Assembly (NCBI GenBank): GCA_964347045.1
Contig: CAYFXC010000012.1
Span: 1 to 31,808 of the forward strand
DNA length: 31,808 nucleotides
Origin: an uncultured archaeon
GTDB taxonomy: Archaea > Asgardarchaeota > Hermodarchaeia > Hermodarchaeales > Hermodarchaeaceae
Reading direction: 5' to 3'
The position numbers were made by a program, and so were the translations under genes. Below the pieces are notes generated by a model. The model worked only from the letters and a program-made list of their open reading frames with translations. It ran no database searches and was not told where the DNA came from. This document shows positions 19,016 through 28,130 of the stretch, one piece after another. Positions within the stretch are counted from its first letter, which is position 1. The number at the start of each line of letters is the position of its first letter.

Positions 19016-19471
19016 TTGGAACTAGATGAGATTTACAAGGATGGTGAGTATTTGTCTGCAGAAGAAAATATTACGAATATTAGGCGAATCATTCAAGCTT
19101 TTAATGATCGGGATCTGACCGTCGTTCCTAAGCTTGTGACATCTGGATTTGTTCGCCATGATATAGCTGCTGCCTTCACAAATGTTGAAGGGCTTGATGA
19201 ATTGAACGATTTCATGCAGCTAGTTTTGAAAGCTTTGCCAGATGTGCAAGTAAAGATTGAAGACATCTTCGCGACAAACAATCGAGCTGCAATGCGTGCC
19301 ACAATTACTGGAACACACCAGGGAGATTTCATGGGAACTGCGCCGACGGGAAGGAAAGCTGTATTTAATACTTTCAACTTGTATCGATTTGAAGAAGGCA
19401 AACTTGCGGAGTTTTGGCAGCTTATAGACGTAGCGACTTTTTTGCGCCAAATCGGAGTGTTATTAATCTAA
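19016..19471 (+). CDS. SnoaL-like ester cyclase
   Basis: FVRH...LPD..V.IEDIFA...GTHQGDFMGTAPTGRK...YRFEEGKLAEFW. Start may be downstream. Confidence 0.9.
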   Translation: MELDEIYKDGEYLSAEENITNIRRIIQAFNDRDLTVVPKLVTSGFVRHDIAAAFTNVEGLDELNDFMQLVLKALPDVQVKIEDIFATNNRAAMRATITGTHQGDFMGTAPTGRKAVFNTFNLYRFEEGKLAEFWQLIDVATFLRQIGVLLI

Positions 19472-19741
19472 AAATTAACTATTCGGATCTGAATGATAGA
19501 TTTGAGCATGTTTGATTTTTTTGAAATATTCATTATTTTACTTTGAAAAATGAAGCACAAAAGCGAGCCATATGTACCAATTTTTTGTTTTCACATCATT
19601 CTTCTGCATTAATTGATTCTAAATCTATTTGATTTTCTTTGAATTATATAGCATTTTCAGTCCGATTTCTGTCACTAACAGAAGGAAACTAACTGCAAAA
19701 ATCGAAACACTCAAAATGTACCGCCTTGCTAACCTTATTCG

Positions 19742-20161
19742 TTGGAGGATTTTCTTGTGAATGTTGAGCAACGCATTGAGGAGCTCATCAAAGAACTAAG
19801 CAAACCAGGTCGTGAAGCCCTCCAAGCCAGTACCGCCCTTTCTGAAATCGGAGCCCTAGCTGTATTTCAATTGGTCAAAGCAATAAAAGAAGAAGACGAT
19901 GATTACACACGCAAACTTGCGGCCCTCTCACTAGGCCGTATTGGGAAACCAGCGATTGATCCACTCTTAGAGACCATGAAAAGCAAGGATGCCGACGATA
20001 GACGCTATGCTGTGGAAGCCCTAAGTCATATCCGATCTGAACCCCGTGTTTTGGGAGCCATTTTTCAAGCTCGCAAAGATCCAGATGAACAGGTTCGACA
20101 AGCAGCTTGGCGTGCCCTTGAAAGGTTACCTGCCCGTAATTTGGAAAAACGTATGACTTAA
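19742..20161 (+). CDS. HEAT/PBS-lyase repeat protein
   Basis: Repeated R..AA.SLG.IG.PAI.PL and D.DE.VRQAA..AL units. Confidence 0.85.
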   Translation: MEDFLVNVEQRIEELIKELSKPGREALQASTALSEIGALAVFQLVKAIKEEDDDYTRKLAALSLGRIGKPAIDPLLETMKSKDADDRRYAVEALSHIRSEPRVLGAIFQARKDPDEQVRQAAWRALERLPARNLEKRMT

Positions 20162-20324
20162 TCATTAATTAGTCCAAGATTGAAAGACCTGGAACTCTTT
20201 CTAGACTTAGCCATTAACCTAATCCTTTGAAGCATTTTTTAACTGAACCCATTTCACTTTAAACACATAAAAGCAAGGTCTAACCCTATTTCGTTCTATG
20301 CAACCTTTGTGAGGTTCAGGTAAA

Positions 20325-22922
20325 ATGATTCCTCAACATAAAACGAAAACACTTTTTGGCGTGTTTATTCTCCTCACAATAATTCCCATAGCGGCTATAA
20401 ATTCAATGAGTTCTTTACAGATTACCCAATCCCCCCAACAGCTGTCACTTCAAATAAACGAAGCCAACACTTCATCTAGAAAGTTTATTCCAAATCCGGG
20501 TCCTGATCTGGGAATCGCAAACTGGACTAATGATCATGCTTTAAACCCAGGTTTTGAAAGCTGGGGCAGCCCCTACGCTCCAGCAGAATGGCGTACTAGC
20601 AGAAATATTGATAGATACCAATGGTTTGCAACCCAGCCGCCTTGGAATGTCAGTCAAGGAACCTATTCAATTGGCATGCAAACCCGATATAGTGCACCAG
20701 AACAGGGTTGGACTTACGTATATCAAGGCAATTTAGGTGCAGATATGCGAAATCTCACCTTACACTTTGATTACTATGCGGATTCAGTTCCGAGCCTTAG
20801 CCTTGATTATTTCATGCTATATGTCTCTTTATCTGACGGTCGTACGATTTGGTATTTTATTGTTGGAGCTGAAGGACTTTCCTTTACTAACCAGACATTG
20901 ATGGGGTATTTCCAACTCAATGGGCCCGCTAGCACTTGGGATAGTTTCAATCGGAACATCACAGCCGACTATCTAGCTTTATCTCTCTTTCCGGGTTCAA
21001 TTGCGCCAGGATTAGAAGTTACGTTCCTTTGGTTCTACATACAAACGGCTTCTTCATCGGATCAATGGTTACGGGTCTTTTTCGATGACGTCCAATTACA
21101 AAATGGGACTACCACCTTCATCGGAAGTACAACTAACAATGGAGACTGTGAATATCCTTTCTGGAACCCCTGGTATAGTGCAGGGAACTATGATGCATCC
21201 CATGTCACCCAAAGTTCCACCGTCTACTCAGGTGCATCCAGTTGCAACATCACTGCAGCATCTTTTGGTAATATCAGTACAGCCCAAGTTTATCAATATC
21301 CCCGTGTACGTATAACGAATCAAAATCAAGGAAGTTTCAGTTTATGGTGGCATCTTACTCAAGACAAAGTCACCATGTGGGATAATACCTGGATACAATT
21401 CCAATTTTACAACCTCTCCGGCTACTTTTCACTCTATTATTTACTCAGTTATGGTGACACCTTCCCTTACAGCAACACAAGTTTACTCCAATACCTACAT
21501 GCGGACGGTTTCAACACAACCGGATCCTGGCAACACTTCCAGTGCAATCCGTGGCAAGATTTACTAGCCACCTTTGGGACTAATGATGCTATCCTTAATC
21601 GATTCTATATCACCGCTACATCGGGTGGTGTGGATGCCCGGATTAATCTCCTAATTGATGATGTTCGTTTCGTTGCAAGAGCTGTTAGTGATGCCGACTA
21701 CGAAGATCAACATGATCCGGGTTCACCAATTCTTGGCTGGAATCGAGATTATTCATTATATTTTGTAGTTTCAGATCAAGGGTATGGTGGTGGAAAAGCC
21801 GCCAATTGCTCATTAGGTCCGTTTGGATCAGTGATGCTTGATCATGAACTCAATGACCGACCCCTAAACAGTTCACGTGAAACCTACTTAGATGTCATGT
21901 GGCGAATCGAAGCCTTCACGGGTGCGCTAATAGAGTTTAATCTTGAATTTGACAATGGTCGAGTTATCCACTATATTCTTGGGACGAATAATTGGGGCAG
22001 TTTTAGCAACAGTTCAATGGAGAGATTCTTCAATGTGACAGGGAGCGGAACCGTCGGTTCATGGATTCAGATGCATAGAGACCTCGTACATGACTACGAA
22101 ACCGCGTTCGGCAGCCTACCCGATGTTACGATGGTCAATTTAAGATTCTGGGCGACCGCGGACACAAATTCTCTTGAAGTCCTCTTCGATGACCTCTATA
22201 TCTATGACGACCCAGCCCCCCAACTAAGCAACCATCAGATCGCCTCGGGTACTCCCAACCATAATGATCCCGTCCAAGTAGAGGTCGACGCGATCGACCA
22301 AGACCTTGATACCGTCACATTAGTTTATACCAACAATTCCGGATCAGCTTGGAACATCGTTCCAATGACCCATCAAACCGGGGATACCTATCGTGCCACT
22401 ATCCCTGGTTACCCATATACAACGGATGTGGACTACTACTTTGAAGCAAACGACACGTGGGGCATGAACACCCGATTTCCATCTACTATCTTTAGTTACA
22501 GCGTAGATGATACAATTGACCCCAGTGTCTCGATTACAAGTGTAAATACAGGCGATATTGTCAGTGGTATGCTGGATATTGACGTCACCGCCACTGACGG
22601 AGAAAGCGGAATGAACCGCGTAGAATTTCTCATTGATAGTACACAACAGCATACCGATTACAGTGCACCCTACAGCTACACACTAAATACCTCCACCCTC
22701 ATTGATGGCGACCACACAATCACCGTTGAAGCCTATGACAACGCCGGAAACATGGGCACAGACTCCAAAACCATCACCACCGACAACGGTCAACCCACAA
22801 CACCCCCACCACCTCCACCACCCCCCGCAATCCCTGGATTCCCGATGGAAGCCCTAGTTATTGGACTGGTAGGAGCTTTCAGTTTCATTCTTGTCATTCG
22901 CCGTCGTAAAAGCAAAAAATAA
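20325..22922 (+). CDS. Large secreted cell-surface protein: three tandem beta-sandwich (CBM-like) repeats, Ig-like domains, poly-Pro linker, IPGFP-TM-basic sorting tail
   Basis: Signal peptide. Repeats begin NPGFE/NGDCE/DADYE and end FDDVQL/IDDVRF/FDDLYI. Ig-like RVEFLID...APYSYTLNT...DGDHTITVEAYDNAGN. Tail PPPPPPPPAIPGFP-TM-RRRKSKK. Confidence 0.85.
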   Translation: MIPQHKTKTLFGVFILLTIIPIAAINSMSSLQITQSPQQLSLQINEANTSSRKFIPNPGPDLGIANWTNDHALNPGFESWGSPYAPAEWRTSRNIDRYQWFATQPPWNVSQGTYSIGMQTRYSAPEQGWTYVYQGNLGADMRNLTLHFDYYADSVPSLSLDYFMLYVSLSDGRTIWYFIVGAEGLSFTNQTLMGYFQLNGPASTWDSFNRNITADYLALSLFPGSIAPGLEVTFLWFYIQTASSSDQWLRVFFDDVQLQNGTTTFIGSTTNNGDCEYPFWNPWYSAGNYDASHVTQSSTVYSGASSCNITAASFGNISTAQVYQYPRVRITNQNQGSFSLWWHLTQDKVTMWDNTWIQFQFYNLSGYFSLYYLLSYGDTFPYSNTSLLQYLHADGFNTTGSWQHFQCNPWQDLLATFGTNDAILNRFYITATSGGVDARINLLIDDVRFVARAVSDADYEDQHDPGSPILGWNRDYSLYFVVSDQGYGGGKAANCSLGPFGSVMLDHELNDRPLNSSRETYLDVMWRIEAFTGALIEFNLEFDNGRVIHYILGTNNWGSFSNSSMERFFNVTGSGTVGSWIQMHRDLVHDYETAFGSLPDVTMVNLRFWATADTNSLEVLFDDLYIYDDPAPQLSNHQIASGTPNHNDPVQVEVDAIDQDLDTVTLVYTNNSGSAWNIVPMTHQTGDTYRATIPGYPYTTDVDYYFEANDTWGMNTRFPSTIFSYSVDDTIDPSVSITSVNTGDIVSGMLDIDVTATDGESGMNRVEFLIDSTQQHTDYSAPYSYTLNTSTLIDGDHTITVEAYDNAGNMGTDSKTITTDNGQPTTPPPPPPPPAIPGFPMEALVIGLVGAFSFILVIRRRKSKK

Positions 22923-22935
22923 CTCGAAAAATATT

Positions 22936-22970
22936 GCCCAGCACCATGCTGGGCTCGTTCTTCTTTTTTT
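22936..22970 (+). terminator. Hairpin + T-tract terminator
   Basis: GCCCAGCA-CCA-TGCTGGGC followed by TCGTTCTTCTTTTTTT, 13 nt after the stop codon. Confidence 0.6.
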
Positions 22971-23048
22971 CGATGTGTCGAAAACTAAGAATTAACTAAT
23001 TTTTCTGACGTGAAACATAAATATTTTCGATGCATCGAAAACTGAGAA
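22967..23048. promoter_or_regulatory. Two copies of palindromic site TTTTCGA-N4-TCGAAAA(CTRAGAA)
   Basis: 22967-22984 TTTTCGATGTGTCGAAAA and 23024-23041 TTTTCGATGCATCGAAAA (perfect palindrome), both followed by CTRAGAA. Confidence 0.6.
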
Positions 23049-23366
23049 AAATCATAAAAAGTAAATCAAATACAAAAACAATTGAACAACCATTACTACA
23101 AATGTATATCAAATACAAACTAAAAAACATAAAATGAATTAAACATATAAAAATACAACGATATAATTCGCTCTAGCGAAATAAACTCAGAAATGATGAT
23201 CAAACCAAAGTAATAACAAAAAATCCTCCCAAAAGACCATCACCGCATTGAAATTTTATGATGTGAAACTGGTGTTTCACGTCATTGAACCTAAAACTAG
23301 CCTATTTGAACTGGTTGAACTCCTTAAAACAGGATTATTGAACTAGGTATTATGAAAAATTATTCT

Positions 23367-23660
23367 TCAACTAATTGCCTCCTTCTTCAAAGAACCTATG
23401 ACAGGACCTGATTTTTTCATTTCGTTCATGTTAAGCCATTTTCCCTTCACCATATTGCAAATAAAACAAAGCATCTGTAAATTTCCTAAAGTATATCCCT
23501 TTTTGCTATCAATTCTGTCAACAGTAAAGCCACACAGTTTGCTTTTTCCTCGTCTCTTCTGAAATGTTTTTGATTCAGTAATTGTGCATCCACATGAAGG
23601 GTATTTTCGGTTCTAAACTGGTCCATTTTTTTCATCCCATCAATAGCAAATCAAAAGCCA
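23367..23660 (-). pseudogene. HNH (His-Me finger) endonuclease pseudogene
   Basis: Frame reads *WDEKNGPV*NRKYPSCG...FTVDRIDSKKGYTLGNLQMLCFICNMVKG...EAIS*. DRID..KGY...N....C..CN..K is the phage-type HNH signature. In-frame stops at 23613-23615 and 23640-23642, no start. Confidence 0.6.
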
Positions 23661-23663
23661 TTT

Positions 23664-23703
23664 TGTGCAAGTTACCCATGTTGGGGGATTCGGGGCTGGG
23701 TTT
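23664..23703 (+). repeat. Repeat B copy 1 (TGTGCAAGTTACCCATG...GGGGCTGGGTTT)
   Basis: 29/40 ungapped identity with 24335-24374. Confidence 0.65.
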
Positions 23704-23764
23704 AGGAGTTGTTTTGTCATTAATTTTTAAGGTTCAACGTTGTTTAACGGTCTTCAGGTGACAT

Positions 23765-24313
23765 TTGATGCTTGAGGGTAAAAAGATCAATTTGCGACCC
23801 ATGGAGAAGGAAGATGTGCTAGTGTTTGCTAGATGGATGAATGATAGGGAGTTCGTGGGTCCCTATTTTTTGCCGGTGATGCTTCCGTTGCCGGCGTTTG
23901 AGAAGAGCTATGCGGAGCCGTCGCCGGATAGCGCGCGATTCATTATTACGGCAAAGGATGGGAGCCCAGCGGGCTGGATCGCCCATTTTTTGACACGTTT
24001 TGGTGGTTATGCGACCTCTAAGGAGATCGGGTATATGGTGAGTCCAGAGTATCGGCGGAAAGGGTTTGCTAGTGAGGCGGTGGCCATGATGGTGGATTAT
24101 CTCTTTATGGAAAAAGAACTCGTGCGCATTCAAGCAGTTATTTATGAAGGGAATATTGGGTCCAAGCGATCGTTGGAGAAGGCTGGATTTAAAAAAGAAG
24201 GGGTCATGCGGAAAATGCTCTATGGCTTTGGTCAGTACTGGGATGGAACGCTCTATAGCATTCTCCGTGAAGATTGGAAGGAACCTAAAATTCTCCCACT
24301 AGCCCCAGTATGA
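23765..24313 (+). CDS. GNAT acetyltransferase, RimJ/RimL family
   Basis: LEGKKINLRP, EIGY.VSPEYRRKGFASEA, N.GS.RSLEKAGFKKEG.MR. Confidence 0.92.
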   Translation: MMLEGKKINLRPMEKEDVLVFARWMNDREFVGPYFLPVMLPLPAFEKSYAEPSPDSARFIITAKDGSPAGWIAHFLTRFGGYATSKEIGYMVSPEYRRKGFASEAVAMMVDYLFMEKELVRIQAVIYEGNIGSKRSLEKAGFKKEGVMRKMLYGFGQYWDGTLYSILREDWKEPKILPLAPV

Positions 24314-24334
24314 TTCGCCTTTGACACGAAATTA

Positions 24335-24374
24335 TGTGCAAGTGGCCCCTGAACGGGATGTTGGGGCAGGGTTT
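24335..24374 (+). repeat. Repeat B copy 2
   Basis: TGTGCAAGTGGCCCCTG...GGGGCAGGGTTT, a direct repeat of 23664-23703. Confidence 0.65.
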
Positions 24375-24444
24375 TTGCTGAGTTTGATGTAGGAATAGTG
24401 ATGTTTTTCAAGATGAGTTATTATTACTTCATTGGAAGGAGTTT

Positions 24445-24657
24445 ATGTGGGAAGATTACTCTGATTATAGGTTCTTGGTTGGCGGTATAATCCTCGGAAT
24501 AATATTTGGGATATTAGTGGGCGTTCCACTATGGGTTGCTACGGGCGCCTCCAGCTATATACGGTTATCCTTTTTTCTTGGTGTACTCATCGGTGGAGCT
24601 ACAGGAGCATTCTTAACCAATAAAACAAAGCGGCGCAAAAAAAGACCTAAGTATTGA
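24445..24657 (+). CDS. Small 2-TM glycine-rich membrane protein
   Basis: GGAG RBS upstream, two Gly-rich TM helices, basic tail. Confidence 0.7.
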   Translation: MWEDYSDYRFLVGGIILGIIFGILVGVPLWVATGASSYIRLSFFLGVLIGGATGAFLTNKTKRRKKRPKY

Positions 24658-24667
24658 AATTTCTCAC

Positions 24668-25141
24668 TTACACTGGGATCCATTTTCGGACTCGTTTTTT
24701 GTAGGTGAGGTATTCGTCACCGAATTTAGTTTCCATGCGTCTTTCTTCATCATTTGCGAGATAGTTGTAGCCGATGAAGACGGCACAAAGAGGAAATAAG
24801 GTCAATAGAGAAAGAGTGGCGATCCAGATGCCAACATGAACGAGAACCATGCCCAGGTACATTGGGTGGCGCACATGAGCATAAACGCCGGAGTCGACGA
24901 CGTGCGGTTCGGTGCCTTCAAAGACAATGTCAGCTTTGAAAGTGAGCCAGAGACCGAGAATGATAACAATGATGCTAATTAGGACGTTGAAAAAGAATGG
25001 GGTGATGTAGACGAGAGCTGTCAAACGGAAAATGAAGGAGTCGAGAGCCCACACAATGATGTAAAACAGGAAGAGCCCGATCATGAGTTGATGGCCCAGG
25101 GGATGTTCACCTGCCATATGTGAGTTGCCTTGGTGGGTCAT
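24668..25141 (-). CDS. Isoprenylcysteine carboxyl methyltransferase / PEMT family membrane protein
   Basis: VVDSGVYAHVRHPMYLG and EERRMETKFGDEYLTYKKRVRKWIP motifs. Confidence 0.9.
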   Translation of the reverse strand: MTHQGNSHMAGEHPLGHQLMIGLFLFYIIVWALDSFIFRLTALVYITPFFFNVLISIIVIILGLWLTFKADIVFEGTEPHVVDSGVYAHVRHPMYLGMVLVHVGIWIATLSLLTLFPLCAVFIGYNYLANDEERRMETKFGDEYLTYKKRVRKWIPV

Positions 25142-25276
25142 AGAGATTACTTCTTAGTGTAGCCAATCAAAATCAACTATTTTAGGTTTCACAATTTAGC
25201 GTTCAATCGGGTGTAACAGGATATGTGTTCAATGCCGGCGTCAAAAATACTCTATAGCAGGAAAAAAGGGTATACG

Positions 25277-25292
25277 AGGGGCAACTTGCACA
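25277..25292 (-). repeat. Repeat B copy 3 (inverted, 16-bp core TGTGCAAGTTGCCCCT)
   Basis: Reverse complement matches copy 2 at 15/16 and copy 1 at 14/16. Confidence 0.6.
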
Positions 25293-25314
25293 AATGTGAG
25301 AAGCCAATGAGATT

Positions 25315-25527
25315 CTATTGGTCATAAAATTTGTTTTCTTCTTCCTCGGGGATTTCGGATGCCTCTTTGCAAAAGAGACTGAAAATAAAACAGACTCCGA
25401 TCATGAGGGGAATCCAGAGCCAATTGACAAAAGCAATGCTAATAATAACTCCAAGAAGTGTTCCAATGATTACGGCGATGATGATTCGTTTGTAATGAGA
25501 AATAGATTTCATGTTGAGTGGCTCCAA
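25315..25527 (-). CDS. Small 2-TM membrane protein with acidic tail
   Basis: Two hydrophobic helices and tail EASEIPEEEENK. Confidence 0.6.
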   Translation of the reverse strand: MEPLNMKSISHYKRIIIAVIIGTLLGVIISIAFVNWLWIPLMIGVCFIFSLFCKEASEIPEEEENKFYDQ

Positions 25528-25632
25528 AGGATTGCTAATTAGCGTTCTGGAGTCTATACACCTTGGAAATAAACCATTTATTTCACTTATCTGGTTTGGC
25601 CAATCTCAAATGTATTTGAGATAAAATATTAT

Positions 25633-26349
25633 GTGACTAATTCGATAACTTGCTTTGAATTTACAATGAGTGCTTGGTGGATTACAATTAATCTTCGAGG
25701 ATCACTCCCAAATTGGGGAGCTTCGATATTTGGATTCGCAAAATTAGAAGGAATATTACCAAAGGCATTTGAAGATTTTACTCGTGGCATCAGTATTGGC
25801 GTGAGACTATCTGAAAGCATCGTTGACGAGCTTATTACCGGTCCTACGAAAGCTTATGCCTATCATTATAGTGCAATGAATCGATTATTGGATGATTTGG
25901 CCCTTCAAACGATGAATTTTTTACAGCAGCGTGGCTATGACGCCTATCCAATTCCTACTTCACAAACTGTGGATCAAACGAATCATTTAGGGCATTTGTC
26001 GCATAAACTAGTAGCAACAAGAGCAGGTCTCGGATGGATTGGTAAAAGTTCCCTATTAGTTACATCAAAGTTTGGTCCAAGAGTACGTTTGACATCTGTA
26101 TTAACCAATGCACCATTATTGCCTGGAAAACCGGTTACAGAGAGCCTCTGTCGAGATTGTAAGGCGTGTGTGAAAGCTTGTCCTATGGATGCGATTCGTG
26201 GCAATAACTGGACTATTAATGCTGAAAGAGCTGAATTATTGGATATTGATCGGTGTGCTAAAAAAATTGACCAAGGAAAAGTAGAATTTGGTGCGCCGGT
26301 ATGTGGGGTATGTATCCAGGCGTGCCCGAAGGGCAAAAGAACATCCTGA
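25633..26349 (+). CDS. Epoxyqueuosine reductase (QueG)-like / cobalamin-dependent Fe-S protein
   Basis: SHKLVATRAGLGWIGKSSLLVTSKFGPRVRLTSVLT, CRDCKACVKACP, CGVCIQACP. Start probably downstream of 25633. Confidence 0.85.
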   Translation: MTNSITCFEFTMSAWWITINLRGSLPNWGASIFGFAKLEGILPKAFEDFTRGISIGVRLSESIVDELITGPTKAYAYHYSAMNRLLDDLALQTMNFLQQRGYDAYPIPTSQTVDQTNHLGHLSHKLVATRAGLGWIGKSSLLVTSKFGPRVRLTSVLTNAPLLPGKPVTESLCRDCKACVKACPMDAIRGNNWTINAERAELLDIDRCAKKIDQGKVEFGAPVCGVCIQACPKGKRTS

Positions 26350-26360
26350 GGGATTTTCAA

Positions 26361-26606
26361 TTGCAATTAAACTCGAATAGGCTGGAGAACTTTAAGAAAA
26401 AACGTCGGAGCACACCATGTATCATTGGGGTTGTTTTGATATCCGTATTTCTAATATCAGGGATTCTAGCGATAATTGCTCAGATAATAGCCTACTATCC
26501 ATTGTGGTTATTTTCGATTATCATGTTCATCGCAGGAATATTTTTGCTGATGGTTGAAATTTTTTTGTTATATGCCCTATTTGCTGGTAGGCGATATGAC
26601 TTTTAA
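26361..26606 (+). CDS. Small 2-TM membrane protein
   Basis: Basic N-terminus followed by two TM helices. TTG start chosen to avoid overlap with the upstream gene. Confidence 0.5.
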   Translation: MQLNSNRLENFKKKRRSTPCIIGVVLISVFLISGILAIIAQIIAYYPLWLFSIIMFIAGIFLLMVEIFLLYALFAGRRYDF

Positions 26607-26668
26607 ATAGAAATCTTAAACGGAATTTTCAGAGACATTTAGTCGATAGTATAGGATTGGTGTTAGGT

Positions 26669-26845
26669 TCATTTGTTTTCTTTGGCACTATTGATTGATG
26701 CGCTGAGCTTGACTTTACCATCTTTATCGTCTAATTCAACAGTGATTTGAGCTTCGACTTTTTTCGCTTCTCCAGTTTGGATGGGAAGGAGCATTAGCTC
26801 AGCGATGCCATCTAATAGAGCGTTATCGTCTACTTCGGAACTCAT
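26669..26845 (-). CDS. Small hypothetical protein (58 aa), divergent from xerA; absent from the ORF track
   Basis: MSSEVDDNALLDGIAELMLLPIQTGEAKKVEAQITVELDDKDGKVKLSASINSAKENK*. Archaeal-type SD GGGGTGA just upstream. Confidence 0.65.
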   Translation of the reverse strand: MSSEVDDNALLDGIAELMLLPIQTGEAKKVEAQITVELDDKDGKVKLSASINSAKENK

Positions 26846-27167
26846 CACATCACCCCGCTGAAGAGGATGTTTCTCTTTGTCGTGTGTTCGATTTTCCCTA
26901 AGAAAGCTGGTATTACACCGTATTTATACTCGAAAGCCTTGAGGTTTCCCTTTTGGTCTGAAATTGCATTAACTAGGCGCTATAGGTCAAGTAAAAGAGG
27001 ATTTTAGAGATTAAACCATGTTTTTACGTCATTGAAGCGGAAACGCCCCGCTAAAGGCTACAAAAGACAAGAACAAAACAGAAAATGCCCAGCTAAAACA
27101 TGAATTTTGGTAATACCAGCCATTAAATCAACTGACTAGAAAACCAGACAAGTCAATTGACTGCTAG

Positions 27168-28115
27168 GTGAAACTGGTTATGGAACCCGAAGGTCTGACC
27201 TTTAAAACGCAACCTAATCCTATTCGAATGCTCGTTTCTGAAGCGATTGATCGTTTTACCGAGTATGTTGCCATTGAACGCGGTGGGAGTCAAAAGACAT
27301 CCCGTGTATACCGTTATGATCTCGAGATGTTCTTCCAATACATTGGTGTACCCCCCCAACAGGTACAAGCACATCATGTCCGAATGTTTTTAACCTATCT
27401 AAAAAGCGATAAGGGATATGCTAATGCTTCATTACGTCGAAAGCTTGCCTGTCTTCGATCGTTTTTCCGGTTCTTAGTTCGAGAAGAAATGGTTCTAACT
27501 GATCCAACGATGGGTTTAGCTACTCCGAAACTTAGCCAACGCCTTCCCCGAGCCATTTCATCTGAAGATATTAACCGACTGCTTTGGGCCGCACGAAACT
27601 CTGAGAAAAACGCCAAACGGACTCACGCGATTTTCCAGGTCCTTTATAGCACGGGAGCCCGGGTTTCAGAGCTCTGTGATATGAATGTTGAGGACATTGA
27701 CTTCTCAGAAGGCACTATTCGAGTGCGGGGTAAGGGCGATAAAGAACGAATGGTGTTATTGACGGTTCCAGCTATGAATGCGATTATTGAGTATTTGCAG
27801 TTTCGACCCGCTGAGGGCCCTCTCTTCCTGAGCCGTAGAGATCGGCGACTCTCACCGTTGACCGTGCAGCGAACAGTGCGAGAGGTCGCACAACGGGCGG
27901 GAGTCACTTCTAAGGTCACACCTCACGCGTTGCGTCACTCCTTTGCTACTCATATGCTAGAACGAGGAGCGGATGTTCGGGTTTTACAGGAACTCCTAGG
28001 GCATTCGAATCTAACGACCACACAGATTTACACTCATGTCTCGTTAGCCCATGAACGAGCAGTCTTTCAACGTACACACCCACTAGCAGAAACGGATCCA
28101 GAAGGAGCCTATTAA
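27168..28115 (+). CDS. xerA: XerA/XerC-D family site-specific tyrosine recombinase
   Basis: N-terminal SAM-like domain. Catalytic residues in LYSTGARVSEL (R), RGKGDKER (K), TPHALRHSFATH (H-x-x-R) and LLGHSNLTTTQIYTHV (H, Y). Lacks the integron-integrase-specific insertion. Confidence 0.88.
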   Translation: MKLVMEPEGLTFKTQPNPIRMLVSEAIDRFTEYVAIERGGSQKTSRVYRYDLEMFFQYIGVPPQQVQAHHVRMFLTYLKSDKGYANASLRRKLACLRSFFRFLVREEMVLTDPTMGLATPKLSQRLPRAISSEDINRLLWAARNSEKNAKRTHAIFQVLYSTGARVSELCDMNVEDIDFSEGTIRVRGKGDKERMVLLTVPAMNAIIEYLQFRPAEGPLFLSRRDRRLSPLTVQRTVREVAQRAGVTSKVTPHALRHSFATHMLERGADVRVLQELLGHSNLTTTQIYTHVSLAHERAVFQRTHPLAETDPEGAY

Positions 28116-28130
28116 CCCACCTCCTAACAC

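Noticed and set aside
22793-22828. C-rich CCA-type low-complexity repeat
   Set aside because: It simply encodes the Thr/Pro linker of the surface protein.
11701-25141. A CAAX-processing pathway (CPBP protease + ICMT-family protein + small GTPase)
   Set aside because: The GTPase has no C-terminal Cys, the genes are unlinked, no prenyltransferase is present, and both families are widespread in prokaryotes.
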